In this document: in pieces, positions 38,801-51,506 of the stretch | Position numbering within the stretch: position 1 is the first letter of the stretch | How the letters are laid out: the number at the start of each line of letters is the position of its first letter | NCBI GenBank assembly: GCA_973895155.1 | Contig: OZ316892.1 | Location: 15,678,861-15,742,860 of the forward strand | Direction: 5' to 3' | Length of the DNA: 64,000 nt | Origin: Marsupella aquatica | Taxonomy: Eukaryota > Plantae > Marchantiophyta | Translations under genes and position numbers: made by a program | The notes under the pieces: model-generated | Told to the model about the DNA's origin: nothing | The model's database searches: none | The model's input: the letters and a program-made list of their open reading frames with translations, nothing else

Positions 38801-40573
38801 CTGTGACGATTTCTTCAATCACCATACACGAGGTCTTTCATATGTTCCGTGCAAACATTTATATTGGGTTTTTTGTTATCGATTTAATGTTAGTGTTCGA
38901 GAAGAAATTTATGTCAGCCAACCAGCCCTTAGCTTGTCTGAGGTGAGGTATATTTTGAAGATGTAGGGAAAAGTTGTATTGCATGAAAAATTTGATTTTC
39001 ATGCCTAGCCGAGAATTATATCCAGCTTATTATGAAAGTTTTTTTATCTTTGAATCTATTTTATTGTCCATGAGTGGTTAATGTGTAAAGTTTTTGGAGT
39101 GATCATTGTTGGGGTCTAATATTGTTGGCGTTCTTTGCTAACAATAAGTCTCCCTACAAAACATACCAAATATGAGAGTGTGCCCGGTAATTGATACACT
39201 AAATCATTCGACAATAGTATCTGTTAATATTGCTAGCGAGGATATATTCTTGTTATCCTGGCTTAATTACAATGCTGCAAAGTGAACATATGAGGACAAT
39301 TTATCCCAAAAATTGCACAAATTTTCCTTATACCAGGAGTTTTTTCCTAATAACAGTAAAATTTCTCCTTTTTCCTAACATCGTTAGTATACCCGTTTCA
39401 TTTTTGCATTGTAAAACATTGTAAAACATCATTCAACCTTTTATTTGCGCGATGTTGCATTTTTTGTGACGCATCGCAAGTTTATCTGGCCGGTGGGACA
39501 GTACTATTGTGATGATGCAAGTACATACAAAAGGGACAAGCCAAGGGTGAGCACCATGGGCCAAGCAAGTGAACGGAGCATGTAGGGGGCATTTTGGTTC
39601 CCAATACAATACAAATATATAAAGGCAAAGCGAGTGGAGGGGGGAGTTGTTTTGGCTCCCTTGCACATTGATACACTCGTTAAGTGGGAAGGGGGACTAT
39701 CAGCTCCCTTCTCTTGAGAGCTCTTAATAAGGGGCTTGTGGCTCAAATCATTTAGGAGGGGAGGGGGAAGCACAAGGCTCCCTTCCCTTGGGAGCCTTTA
39801 ATTAAGGCTCATGGCATTGGGAGGGACCAAAGCCCTATGCAAATACAAGCAAGTGTGTGAGAGAAGGCTTGAGGCCCATTAAGGAGGGGGCAAGAGAGGA
39901 GTTTAGATGCTTACTCCTTTTAGGAGAGTTTAAAGCTTTGCCCAAGGCCCTATGCAAGGCTTGTACGGGCCTTTGTGAAGGCTTGTGCCTTTAACTTAGG
40001 CCCACCTGGGCTCTAACAAGTATGGAGGGCATTAAGGGAGGCTCATTGGCCCCAGGTGCTCAAAGGTAGTATGAGGTGAGGAAGGGAGCACAAGCCCAAA
40101 GGTGCAAGGCCCTATGCGCTTTGAGCTAGGGTTGAAACTTGGCAGCCAAGGGTGCAAGCCGTAAGGGCGGTGAGGGTTTAGGCTTTAGGGTTTAAGGTCA
40201 ATGCCCTCTTGGTCCTTTGTATAAATTTTAATTTTAAAACTTTTTCTTGTCATTTGACTTTTGCTTGTGGCTTTTTTCCTTCCAAGTGGATAGGTGTCAT
40301 TTTCTCGTGCCTTCTACTATATTTATTGAATGTACTTTGATTCCCTAGAAAAAAATACTTTCTAGAGAGCTCATTTTTAGCCAAAAATTGCAATTTTGAC
40401 TGTCATTAAGGTAGAAGTTTTTTGCAACACTTTGCAAGAGAAGACTCAAGGGAGTTGAGCAGGGCTAGTAAAATCAATTTGTGCATTGTTGTTGCAGAAT
40501 TTGTAATACAGCCTTTGCCACTACAGAGCCATAATCTACATAGACCATCAATCCTACCAGGGGTCACGAGCAT

Positions 40574-41110
40574 TTACTTACAGTTTCTTTTGCCAGTCGT
40601 ATAAGCTTGCAACACTTGGGGCTCATGCACTTCCAATTGCGCTTGAAGAAAGGAAGTGACTACCTCATTGATGTTCTCCTCCTCTATCTCAAGCAAACCT
40701 AAGATCTTACAGTTTTTGGCTCTTGCTTGCTGCTCCCTTTTCTCCTCATCAACTTCTTTTTGCACTTTCTCTTGGGCCTCCATGAACACAATGTTTGATT
40801 GTTTTGTAGCTTCTGCATCAGTTTTTAGCTTCTCCTCAATCTCCTCTACTGCCTCATGCATTACTGATTTTCCAGTGCATATAGTCTTCTGCATATCTTG
40901 AAAACATGATGCAAGCAAAAAGAGTTTAATTGCTTGCCATTCTCTTGACTTCAGTTCTAAACTCCGCAATCAACCTCCGTTGTTTGACATTTTCATTCTA
41001 AGCTCTGTTACCTCCTTGGTGAGTGTGGTAACCTAAATTCCAGAGCTTTCAACCACAACCAAAACTTTTTCAAGCAAAATCTTCAAATGGGAAGTCTCAT
41101 TGGTTGCCAT
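40574..41110 (-). pseudogene. Degenerate LINE ORF1-like remnant
   Basis: Coiled coil followed by EQQARAKNCKILGLLEIEEEN..EVVTSFL, resembling the R..N..i.Gl.E motif that starts the LINE ORF1 RRM; contains stops. Confidence 0.5.
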
Positions 41111-42764
41111 CTCTTCCGTGTGCATGTAAATGCAAATTGATTTTACTTGAGCTGAAATTTGTTCAGGTAAGCACTAACAACATTATTCACGCACTAAGAA
41201 AGTTTCAGCTCAAACCATAGCCTACAACCCCTCCAATTTGATGTGAATTTTCAGTTGCAATCTACAAATTGAAATCAAGAATGGAAGGTTGTCAATAGCA
41301 AAACACACATCAAATGGATTTGACTTGAGCTGAAAATTGTTTAAACCACAACTCGGGGTATAGAAGGACCCCGAGCCCTGCCCCCGCTCGTGCCACTCTG
41401 CACATTGGGTCAAAGTCCAGTTTGAACTCAAGGGACTAACTGGGGTCAGCAGGGCCGCTCCCCCTTCCCCCCCACCAGCCCTAGATCGCAAAAAGCTGCC
41501 CCTGCAAGCTGCTCGCCTCCTCTCGCACTCCTCCCACCAAGCTTTTGGCTGCCATAGCCCTGTCCCCCTTGCGCCCATGCTTGCACTAGTCCCTTTGAGC
41601 TTTTGGCTGCCATAGCCAGCCACAGTGTACCCATGCTTGTTGCGCATCGACTGCCCCTAGTTGTTGTTGCCATTGAATCGATTTGTTGCTGAAGTTTGAT
41701 GCATACTCGGCTGTTGCTGCTTCTTCAACTCGCTGCTATTGAGGCTGTTGCTGCTGAGGCTCGCTGCTGCCTCCCAGCTGAATGTTTGGCCTCCTCCCTT
41801 CAAGCTTACGGCTGCCAGAACTGTTGAGAACTGGCGAACTGGCGGAGCTGAAAGATGAGGGTTTGAGGTAGTTAGGGATTGTGTTGCAGTGGGATTTCTG
41901 GAAGTTTGGGATCTGCTAGTGTTTTCCCCCTGGATGGGAGGAGGATTCGCTATCAACGAGGCTTTTTGGGGGGATTTTGGTCGGCACTAAGTTCTTCAAC
42001 AATCTAAAGACCTTGTATTGAGAAAATAAGGAAGGCGATGACATCAGGGTTCCCAAACACTCCCGCGGATCCAAACCTCTCGAGTTGCTATCATTGCCTG
42101 AAGATTTACTACAGAACAAGCAAGCAAGAGTATTGGAGGGATCTGCTAGGCTGGTGAGAGGGTAATGCAAGGTAGGAGACTGGCAGTAAAGAAGAAGATT
42201 AGCGAGCTCAGGACGACGATTATAGGTTTTGGAGGATTTTTGAGCCAGGAAACGCAAGGAGTGGCTTGGGGTGAGAAGGGAGAATCAGGGCGGGGGAAGA
42301 TTTCCTTATCAAGGTCTTACTTGTGGGCGTGGAATTTTGATTAATCGTGAAGGTCGAGTGGTGTTTTACTATGAATTCCATGGAAAGCCAAGCTGTGTTC
42401 CACTGACTTCGTGGTGGAACATCCCTTATTTTGTGGCACTCGGACACGCGGCTTGGGGTATTGGTATTGGAGGCTGAAGCTCTGGGTGAGGTGAGGGTGA
42501 GTATTGCTGGATCTAGCGTCTTTCCAAACTTGTGGAGTGGATTAGAACTTCCACTGGAGAAGCTTGGTAATATTGCTCATGGGAATGCGATTGCTATTTC
42601 CGCTCAATCAGGAGGAATTGGATACAGGGTACTTCTGGGTTGGGCAGCCGATGTGCTGCTTGAAGTCTACATAAGAGAGGACCAAGAGTGCGGGCAGCAT
42701 GGTTGCGTTTGGGGCGAGTCAAGCATCTGAACCAACGGGATTCTTTGGGAAGTAGTAATTACTG

Positions 42765-44596
42765 ATGGATGTCAACGATCGGAATGGCGGGGCTGAGTGG
42801 GGACAACAGGACGAATCCTTTGGGACACGAGAGGCAATGGGGGTTTGGGGCCATGTACCATCTTCTGTCCGTGTGCCTGGCTACGAGCAATTCAGCAGGC
42901 AAGATTCTCGGAGCTCTCCGTTTACCGAAGGCGGTCGTGGCCCTACGTCTCTTGCAATGCGGCACTTGACACAAACAATTCATCCGGCCTTTGATCTCAC
43001 GCCAATACCAGCTCTTGAGAACCAACGGTACTACCAGAATGCCCGATACCATTCAACTGCGGGGAGGGGTCAAACGAATGTGCATGCTAAGCGATTTGAC
43101 AAATTTGCTCAGGCTGGAGGAAATAAGGGCGTTACTGGTGAAACAAGGACTCGGGCAAGCGATAGACAAGCGAAGATGAAGGGTGATTCAGGTCCGTCGT
43201 TTGTTGCACATGAGAATGATGGTGAGCCGGCGGCTGTTTCGGCTGAATGTGTCAACATTCTGAAGGTTATTGCTGACAATTCAAGGGGCGATTGGAGCAC
43301 CAAACTGTATACACAGGTGCAATGGAGCCTGGAGGAGGCTGCAAGCAATGTGAGACAACTGTATAATTGTGGCATGCTGTGCTTTTTTACGGATCGGGCC
43401 CCTATGCTGCCCACCTTTCGTGGTTGGGTGGTGGCGCATATGGTAGAAGAAAGGAACTGGCCGGTGATACAAGTAAAATTTGTGGGGAAAAACTACTACT
43501 TGGTAGTTTTTTAAAATGCTGATCATTGAGCCATGGCATTAACATCGGCCCCATGCTTCCTAGATTGTAAGTTTGTGTTTACCTTCCCGTGGGACCTGAC
43601 CTTTGATGTTCGTTCAGAGCGATTCACAAAACTGACGGTGTGGATAGAGCTACCATTTCGGACTTGGTGCTGGAAGGCTGCAGATTGAAAATTGCGGAAT
43701 CGTTGGGTAAAGTCCTTCACTACTTCTAGGGGGAAGAAGAATATAGTTCCTTCCCTCATGATAGGGCTTGCATATTATGGGACACAGCGAGGGAGGTGCC
43801 CTGCAGCGCTAGGGTGAGCATCACGGAAAGTATACATATTTGGCAGCCAATCCTCTTTAAAAACATTATGTATCACTGCTTTAAATGTAATAAGAAGGGT
43901 CATCTTGCGAGGGATTGCAGGGAGGGAATGGATCCTCCCTGCTCTACTGCGAGGGAGGGCCAAGAAGGAGCTAACCCCTCGAAGGAACTTGATGAGGTGG
44001 CGGAGGGTGACCCTGTGGAGGTTTTACAAGAACAACGGGCTGCTAATCTGAGGGCTCGGACCAGGGAGGTCCCGGTTGCTAAGGCAGCAGTGGCACTTGT
44101 GGTTTCAGACTTGAATGCAATGGAGAATCTAATGGAATGGTTGGGAGGAGGTGCCAACCTTATTCCACTGCAGCAACAGACTTTGGTGGAGAAAGCAATT
44201 GGGCAGGATTCAGTGACGGGGGTGGTTCAGCCAGTGGGATTGAGCACTCCGTCTACTAGCGAGCAGGAATCGGCTATGCCTGACCAGCCTAGGCTTTATT
44301 CTCTGGATGTTGAAGCCAAGAGCTTTGCTCTTGGAGGAGGTATGACTGCAATTGTGGCCAGTGCTGCTCCCTCTGGTTCACCCATTGGGAGTGTGGATCC
44401 TGATGCATACTCTTATCATGGCGACACTGACATGGAGTTATCGGAATATGAAGCTTATGTCACAAGCAAAGGGAAGGAACGAGCCAAGAAAATTGATAAA
44501 AGAACCCCACCGGTGTCTAAGAAGGATAAATCTATGCAGGAAGCAAAAAAGCAACGCTCTATCCAGTTCTCACTTAGGCATGTGGTGGGAGCGTAG
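42765..44596 (+). pseudogene. LINE ORF1 (DUF4283-like domain plus zinc knuckle)
   Basis: GKNYYLVVF, PWD, VWIELP and CFKCNKKGHLARDC; stops and frameshifts. Confidence 0.85.
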
Positions 44597-44862
44597 GGGA
44601 CCCGGAGGATGGTGGCGGCAGTGGAGGTGAGAACATTCCCAATACTGGAGAGAGGATAGTTCCGATGGACGGTATTGACGAAACAGCTAATGTACATTCA
44701 GCTGTGGAGCGTATCCCGGATACACAGATGGAGAAGGTGGAAGAAGTGACTCCTGTGAGGATGGTTGTTGACCGAATTGGAGGGGTGACAAAGGGCTTCT
44801 CCCCGGGGGATCAGGCACGGATCTAGTCCTGTGGCAAAGGTGGAGGCTGAGCAGGGAAGAAT

Positions 44863-46724
44863 ATGGCTCATCAAGTGCGGATTGCCTCCTGGAATGTATG
44901 CGGATTATGCGAGCCAAACAGGAAGACAGTGGTAAAAAATTGGGTGGAAGCGGGGAAAGGATGGATTGACGTACTAGCATTGCAAGAAATTAAGGCTGAT
45001 CGATTCCGTCTGGATATTGCTTTACGTGCTATTTTGCCAGACTACCAACATCTCTCGGCTGAATCTAATGATGGGAGGGGCGGTTTGCCGCTGCTTATCC
45101 ATCCGGAACTGAAAGTAGTTGCTTCTGGGAGGGCTGAGCTAGGAAGAGCGGTATGGGCCCTAGTTTTGTTGGGAGAGATTAAATTTGGAATTGTCAGCAC
45201 ATATGCCCCAAACTCCCCCCGATTAAGGGCCACTCTATGGCACGACCTTAAACTGATGCTTCCACAGGAAAATTGGATTATCTATGGGGATTTCAATATG
45301 ATTGAACTACGCAAGGATTCCACTGGCACTGCACCTTTGATTAAGGGACGTGAAGCAGAATTTTGGAGATTCTTAAAGGTTAGATTTAATCTGGTGGATG
45401 CTTTTGCGATGGCTGGGGTGACCAAGGGCGCTCGTTATACTTGGCGCTATAATCATAGGGATGCCTTGGTTCAATCCTGTTTGGATCGTTTCTATCTAAG
45501 TGAGCAAGGGGAATGGATAGAGGAAGTCAGTGAGTTGTGGCATGATGGAGGTTTGGCATTGTCTGATCACGACCCGGTAGTGTTGATTGTGCGGATAGCA
45601 GTTCTTGAGACAGGGGATAACATAGGGCCAAGAGTGAAACTCTTTAAGGCTAATCCTGAGATTGTAAGATGTAGGAGTAATATGGAGGCACTAGAGAGCG
45701 CATGGGTTACTGGGAGGGGAAATGGCACCGATCCCCTTCTGAATTTTGAGAGAGCAAGTGCGCGTTTACGGAAGGTATATACTACGATCCAAGCTTCACC
45801 TAAGGATCGGGCAATGGATTTGGCAATCTTGCGGAATGAACTACGAGCTCTCAAGTTGTCAATAATAGAGGAACACACAGAGGAGGATTTGAGAGACTAT
45901 GTGGATGCAGAAGATGCATTACACGCAGCAGAATTAGAAGAAGCTCATTGTGGAAGAAGGTTGGCAAGGGTAAAGTGGTTGGGGGAAGGTGACGAGCCAT
46001 TCAAGTTCTATTTTGCCACCACCAGGGCTAAACGTGTGCGAGAGGCCATGGTGCGGTTGGTGGTTGACGGTGGCAAGGAGCTGACAGACCCAGCTCGTAT
46101 CCTTGCTGAGGTGGTTGAATGTTGTGAAGAGCTTTATGCCCCGAGGACTTTACCGGGGACTGACCAGATGGACACCTTAAGGGCGTGCAAGAAGCTTCAT
46201 GCACATACGCAGTACGCACTCACTGCTGCTGAAATTGCTTGACTGGAGGGTCTACCAAATGATAAGGAAATACAAGAGGTGTTATGGATGCTGCCAAGAG
46301 ATAAAGCTCCTGGACCGGATGGCCTAACGGCGGAGGTGTACCGTGCTTGTTGGCACTTCATCCAGGTGGACCTGATCACCATGATGCAAGAGTATTGGCT
46401 TACGGGTAGCTTGCTGCAGGGATCAAAGAAGGAATCATCAAATTCATCCCTAAGAAGCCTGACAAGCGCTTCTTGAGGGACTGGCACCCACTGACTATGC
46501 TGAATACGATTTATAAGCTAATTGCAAAATTTTTGGCTTTATGGTTGAAATTGATTCTGCCTAAACTGATTAGCCCACAGCAAACTGGGTTCATCCCGGG
46601 TCGGAACATCCTTGAGAATATCTCCCTAGCCTAGCTTACTTGTGACTGGGTAAGAAATCGTAAACAGAAATTGTTATTCCTGAAGTTGGACTTTGAGAAG
46701 GCGTTTGATCGTGTGAATCACATG
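44863..46724 (+). pseudogene. LINE ORF2 5' part (AP endonuclease, start of RT)
   Basis: SWNVCGL, LQEIK, YAPN, GDFN, LDRFY, SDHDPV, KAPGPDG, KLDFEKAFDRV. Confidence 0.92.
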
Positions 46725-46789
46725 GAGGCTTTTCACGATGACAGCAAACAGCAATCACATGGAGGCTTTTCACGATGACAGCAAACAGC
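46716..46789 (+). repeat. 37-bp tandem duplication covering the TSD and left TIR tip
   Basis: AATCACATGGAGGCTTTTCACGATGACAGCAAACAGC twice. Confidence 0.9.
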
Positions 46790-47340
46790 AAACAATAAAG
46801 CTCATAGCAGCAAATGTCTGCACCAAAAAAATCTTCCCTAATCCGACATCTCTCGTAAAATGAGATCGAAACCTCTAAAATCCATCATTTTGAAACACAT
46901 CGTAATACTAGCGCCCAACGCTATAGTCCTAAAACAGTCCAAAATACCCGAAACCTCATTCAAAACATCTATTTGCAAAAGTATCCCCAAAAACATATGT
47001 ATACTAGTGCCCGACGCTAGTATACAGACCTCAATAACAGACTTAAAAACAGAGATCAACTAAAGACCATCAGATGCCAATTGATGAAACATTGGGAAAG
47101 GGGGAAGTCATATTCTAATATCACCAAATTGTAATACATCCCAAGTTAAGATTGTCCGCTTCACAGAGGAAAGTTTAGTCAAAAAACAATGTGGACAGTC
47201 CGTCTCGCTTTATAAACACCCATCAATATTACATGTGTTCACAATAGTGCCAAGCGCTATTTTGTAAAATAGCCAATATCTATATCCCCAAAATATATTT
47301 TTAAAGTCTGGCTAGCCATCACATTTTGAATCAGTCGAAT

Positions 47341-50300
47341 CTAGTTCTGATTCTTCTTTATACTTTGTGATCTATCAATAGACTCAGCTTCGTCGTCTAC
47401 ATACTTGCTCGGGACGATGTCATCAACATAGCGATTCTTCATAAACTTTCTATCAGAGCCCCTTTTGAGCCTCAGGCCTTTGCTTTCCCAAGTCAGCATT
47501 CTCACAGAATCTGCTTTTCGAGCCACCTTTTCTGCATAAGAAGGCAAGACAAACGGCTTCTCCGGGGTTTCTATTGCATTCCTTGCGACTTTCCTCCGTA
47601 GTTGAAAGCGCTTCTGGAGATTCCACTCAGACCTGGAAAGTTGAATCCGATATCTTTAGTCGGGTCCGGGAAAATGGTGGAATGTTGGAGACACTAACGT
47701 CACACTTCAAAAGAAAAAAAAGACAGGGAAGCTGAAGATCATTACTCAAAAGACTCTTCACTATCCTCAGATTCAGAAGACCCAAGGTTCACCACTTTCT
47801 TGGAGGCCCCACCATCTTTGGACTGTTGCGTACCATCGCCTCCATCATTGTCCTCATCAAAATCAAAATTAAGCACAGCACGGGGTCTGTCCTGCTTCTT
47901 ACTCCCCACCTGCCGGTGCGGAGGCGTGGACGTGGAGGTCTCATTATTCTTGAGAAGTCCAAAGAAAACTTTTGTGGCAGTGTCAAGAAACTCTTTACGA
48001 TTTTCAATCCCGACTACAAACCTCCCACAATGATCTCCAGCAACAAATGTACTTCCGGCCCCAACAGTCCAGTCCATGACAATATCCCCAGGGAGGGTAA
48101 TTAATTCTAAAACGGATTGCATGAAACCCACAGGCAGCCTTGAATTCCCGGCGAACGCAAGCTCCGGCAGAGGATCATTTTTTGGCACGGGAAAACCAAT
48201 GAGATTGGTTATTGAAGGATCCTCTGTATGTGAAAGAGGCCGAAATTTGGGATCCTTAGGGACCCTACCTTTGGACGAAACACGCCCAAAAACATTGAGA
48301 GTGAGCGTAAAAATTTGCACATCGAATAACGTTTTGTTCATAATAAACATCAGATGCTACGTTGAGAATACGGAAACATTTCACGAAGAGGATATTCCAC
48401 ACTAGCGCCTGGTGCTAGCGTCGCCGTCAATCTCCAAAGGAGGACACCAAACAGAAACTTTGGAATAGCGTCAGGCGCTACTATACATACCTGCATATCC
48501 GAGCGAGGCCTGTACATTGGAGTGCCCATGACAACATTGTGTGTCGAGATACATTGGAATTTCTGTGAATCTTGACAAGGTGCAATGACCTCGGAAACTT
48601 GGTCATAGTCGCCTCTATGCAAAATTGCTAGCAATCCATCATCTGCTAGGAAAGGATCCATTGTTCTGAAAAAGGCACTTGGAATCGTATAATCTTGAAG
48701 GTTCCATTTAGGAACCTTCCTATCCACAAGTATTGGTTTCAACCTAGTCGGAAGATATATGAAACCAGCATCAACTCCAAAAGCTCTTTCTTTTCCCCCT
48801 CGGACAACCCCTTTTGCTCGATCCCTAGACTTCACCAGATCTTTCCCCCAACCTTCAATATTAGAAACCCAGTCCGGCTTTTCTCCCTTGTTAAACAGGG
48901 AATCAAAACATTCTGTAACACTCGACTCCACAAAACAATGTCGAGTACACTTTTGTTTGAAATTCCCCACATCTCTTTGCAATCCAGTAGACGCAACTGA
49001 ATCTCGGGACGAAGATCCGAGCCTATCCTCAAGTGTTCCTCTCTTTTTCTTCTTCTTTGTACTTGTCGCGTCCACTGGAACCACTGCCTTTCCACTCTCC
49101 CCAGGGGTTCCCTGATCTGGTGTATTTTCCGCACCAGTGTTAGCTTCAGAGGCCTGAGGAGTAGCATCCTCTTTTACATCACTGGTAGCATCCAACTTCC
49201 TTCCCCCTGAAAGACGGAGAGACATTACTCAATGGAACTAGTTCTCATAATAGCGCTCGGTGCTAGTATCAATTGGGGGAAAATACGTCAAACAAACAAG
49301 AGCGGGAATACTTTACTGAATCCTAAGAGGCAAACTTACGTTTTTTAAGCGATCGAGTTGATTCACTGGGAGCTGCAGATTCATTCTTGGCCTTCACTCT
49401 TGGCTTTCGGCTCCGGTCAACATGCACGACGACTGTCTCGCATTTCTTCTGCAGTTCAGTTGTCAAAGCGTCCACTTCAATCGCAAGACCCTACTTCATC
49501 TCTGATATGTACCTTGCTGGGATTTGCGACTTCTGTAACTTCATGAAAGCGTCTTTCTCCACCTCGTCGAAAGGCAGATCCCATTTGCCAGTGTCAAGAT
49601 ACCATGGGCAGTGGAGTCTCTCCCACTCTGACAAGGCGTGAGGTGGGAACTTTCCCTCAGCTGGGTACATCAAATACAGATCAAGAAGGTGGTCACCATC
49701 TTTGATAATCACCCACTTTTGAAATGCACCAGGGTAAGCCCACAAAACCTCAGGAGATCGCAACTCCATCCACATGTAGAAACGGTAAAGTATCGCTTGG
49801 CTCGTTTCCGGTTCCGCTCAGTGTAGTCCTCCTTGTCTGCATACTTTGATGGCCACATTATGTTGAAAAATTTAGCCTTGACAAGGTCTCCAAATGATTT
49901 GAATTCTTCGATAATGGACTTCATGAGAACATCCAGGGACTCACAACCAGACTTGACAAGACGATCATCTGGCATGCGATCCAAAACCTGCTCGAGCGAG
50001 GTGAGGATCAATCCAGTAGCAATTTCCTCCATTGAATTCCATATATGCCAGGTATGGCACCATTGTTTTACAGGATCGTTGTTCACACTAGCCAGATGAA
50101 AGAACTGTTTCCGAATCTCCGGAGTGCAATGGGCAACGAGAAGGGTACACCTTAACTTTGGATCCAGATAAGTAACTGCAATAAACAGACGAGCACGGTC
50201 CATAGTGCAAACAACTGTATCGGGCTTTTTTTCTCTTTTGTTCTTCTCTGTGATGGGAAACATTTTGGCACATGTAGCCAAGTAGTCACCAAAATCAGGG

Positions 50301-51506
50301 TGCAGCAATGGAGTGATCTTTGTTACTTTGATAGCCTAGTCTTTTGTCGCTTCCTTCATCATAGCTTCATGCCTCTTCTGCGTCTCCTCTTCGGACCACG
50401 GAGTCCCCTGGGCGGCTGCAAAATCCATGTCCACTTTGAACTGGTTTGTGTAAGATTTAATCTTGTTCTCACACAAAATGTAGATGAGCACGTCTTGTGG
50501 CATCTTGTGTGTATACCAAGAACCCTTTCGAGTCTTCTTTCGAATGGCTTCAAACTTAGCATAACTCGTAGCATCAATTAGGGGTTTGTAGTGCTCTAGG
50601 TCACGGGATAAAAGACGAGAGATCAAGAATCCAAGACGGCTCGACCACAACTTGTCCCAACCTACGTCAAAATTTAAATGTAAATTAGCAGAGCCGGGCG
50701 CTAGTAAAACACCAAAGATAATATCACATCCAAAATCCATCTTGAACTAGTACGTCATATTAAATGAGGTTGTCCTGAGGAATGGCTTACTGGTTGACAA
50801 CGTGCATGGCAGCCTCGAGCTCCACGAGGGAACCTTTATCTCCATTGAAAACAATGCAAGTCACACGAGGGTGGTACTTAATGTTGTCCGGATGCTCTAC
50901 TGTCACAATCGACCACGAATACAAATGGTGATTTCCATCAAAGACACAAAACATCTTGTCCTTCAAAACTCTGAAATCAGGATCAGCGTCACACTCTTCT
51001 TCGAACTTGTCATTCTCGGCAACCCAGATTGGGTCCCAAGAGGCTCTAATCTCATTAGTGCAAATCTGTGGAACCCCATCCGCATTCGTTGGCTGTACGT
51101 AAAATGGCATGCCCATGCGCGAATTGTATCCAAAAATCCGGAATGACTCCTTCAATTTGTCGATGGAGGCGCTCTGCTTTTGCAATGTCCGCACCACTTC
51201 CATATGAATCAATCAACATAGAGGAATTTGTGGAGGCTCCTTCTCCAATCCTTTGAAATCTTTCCCAAAGGACAAGACATGCTTGGAAATGTAATCGTCC
51301 ATTGAAAGTCCAGCAACACCGAAATCAACTCGAGCAACTTCCTCAGTCGTGTCCATTCTCCCCCTTCTTGATCGCGCAGTCGGAAGAGTTGAGCCAATGT
51401 CTGAATGTGAATAAGACGCAGCGGACCGAGTCACGCGATGGGTGTACACAGAACCTGAAAAAGAGGACTGTGAGGACTCAGAATGACCGGCATGACTATC
51501 TCCCAT
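47341..51506 (-). pseudogene. MULE-2 accessory gene: ParB/Srx-like plus beta-class methyltransferase-like, multi-exon, disrupted
   Basis: VRTLQ..IDKLKESF...GY..PFYV and VFDGNHH (50925-50939); GVDAGFIYLP (48741-48778); LADDGLLAILH; RLPVGFMQSVLELITLPGDIVMDWTVGAGSTFVAGDHCGRFVVGIE (~48005-48140). Introns near 50662-50790, 49207-49339 and 48317-48490. Confidence 0.78.

Larger units (their letters stand above)
11325..38966 (+). pseudogene. MULE-1 transposase (GCM-like Zn domain, MULE DDE core, Cys-rich domain, SWIM finger), split by insertions
   Basis: Pieces ~11325-13164, intron 13165-13286, 13287-13437, 25943-26147, 37778-38966 (start approximate). Motifs FDVMH, FMVDNA..WNA...F, FHFFQS and SWIM CSC..CKHLYWV. 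The frame rejoins across TSDs (SRG|TGPT, QDS|HRHDT). Several premature stops. Confidence 0.85.
5343..39140. repeat. Dispersed MULE-1 palindrome TAGCGA-N3-TCGCTA
   Basis: Copies at 5343, 6613, 7418, 10017 (perfect), 10139, 10240, 13218 and 39126 (degenerate), with half-sites near 5239-5264 and 39234. All lie in subterminal, intronic or intergenic DNA. Confidence 0.75.
5182..39394 (+). mobile_element. Mutator-like DNA transposon MULE-1 (~11 kb without nested inserts)
   Basis: 9-bp TSD GTTTCATTT (5173-5181, 39395-39403). Imperfect TIRs: left GGGGCTTTTAACAATGTTAGTAAAAAGGAGAAA, reverse-complemented right GGGTATACTAACGATGTTAGGAAAAAGGAGAAA. Contains a MULE transposase. Confidence 0.9.

Noticed and set aside
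39490-40200. Low-complexity stretch ending in GGTTTAGGCTTTAGGGTTTAAGG
   Set aside because: Probably an old repeat; no termini, TSD or ORF could be defined and the telomere-like part is short and degenerate.
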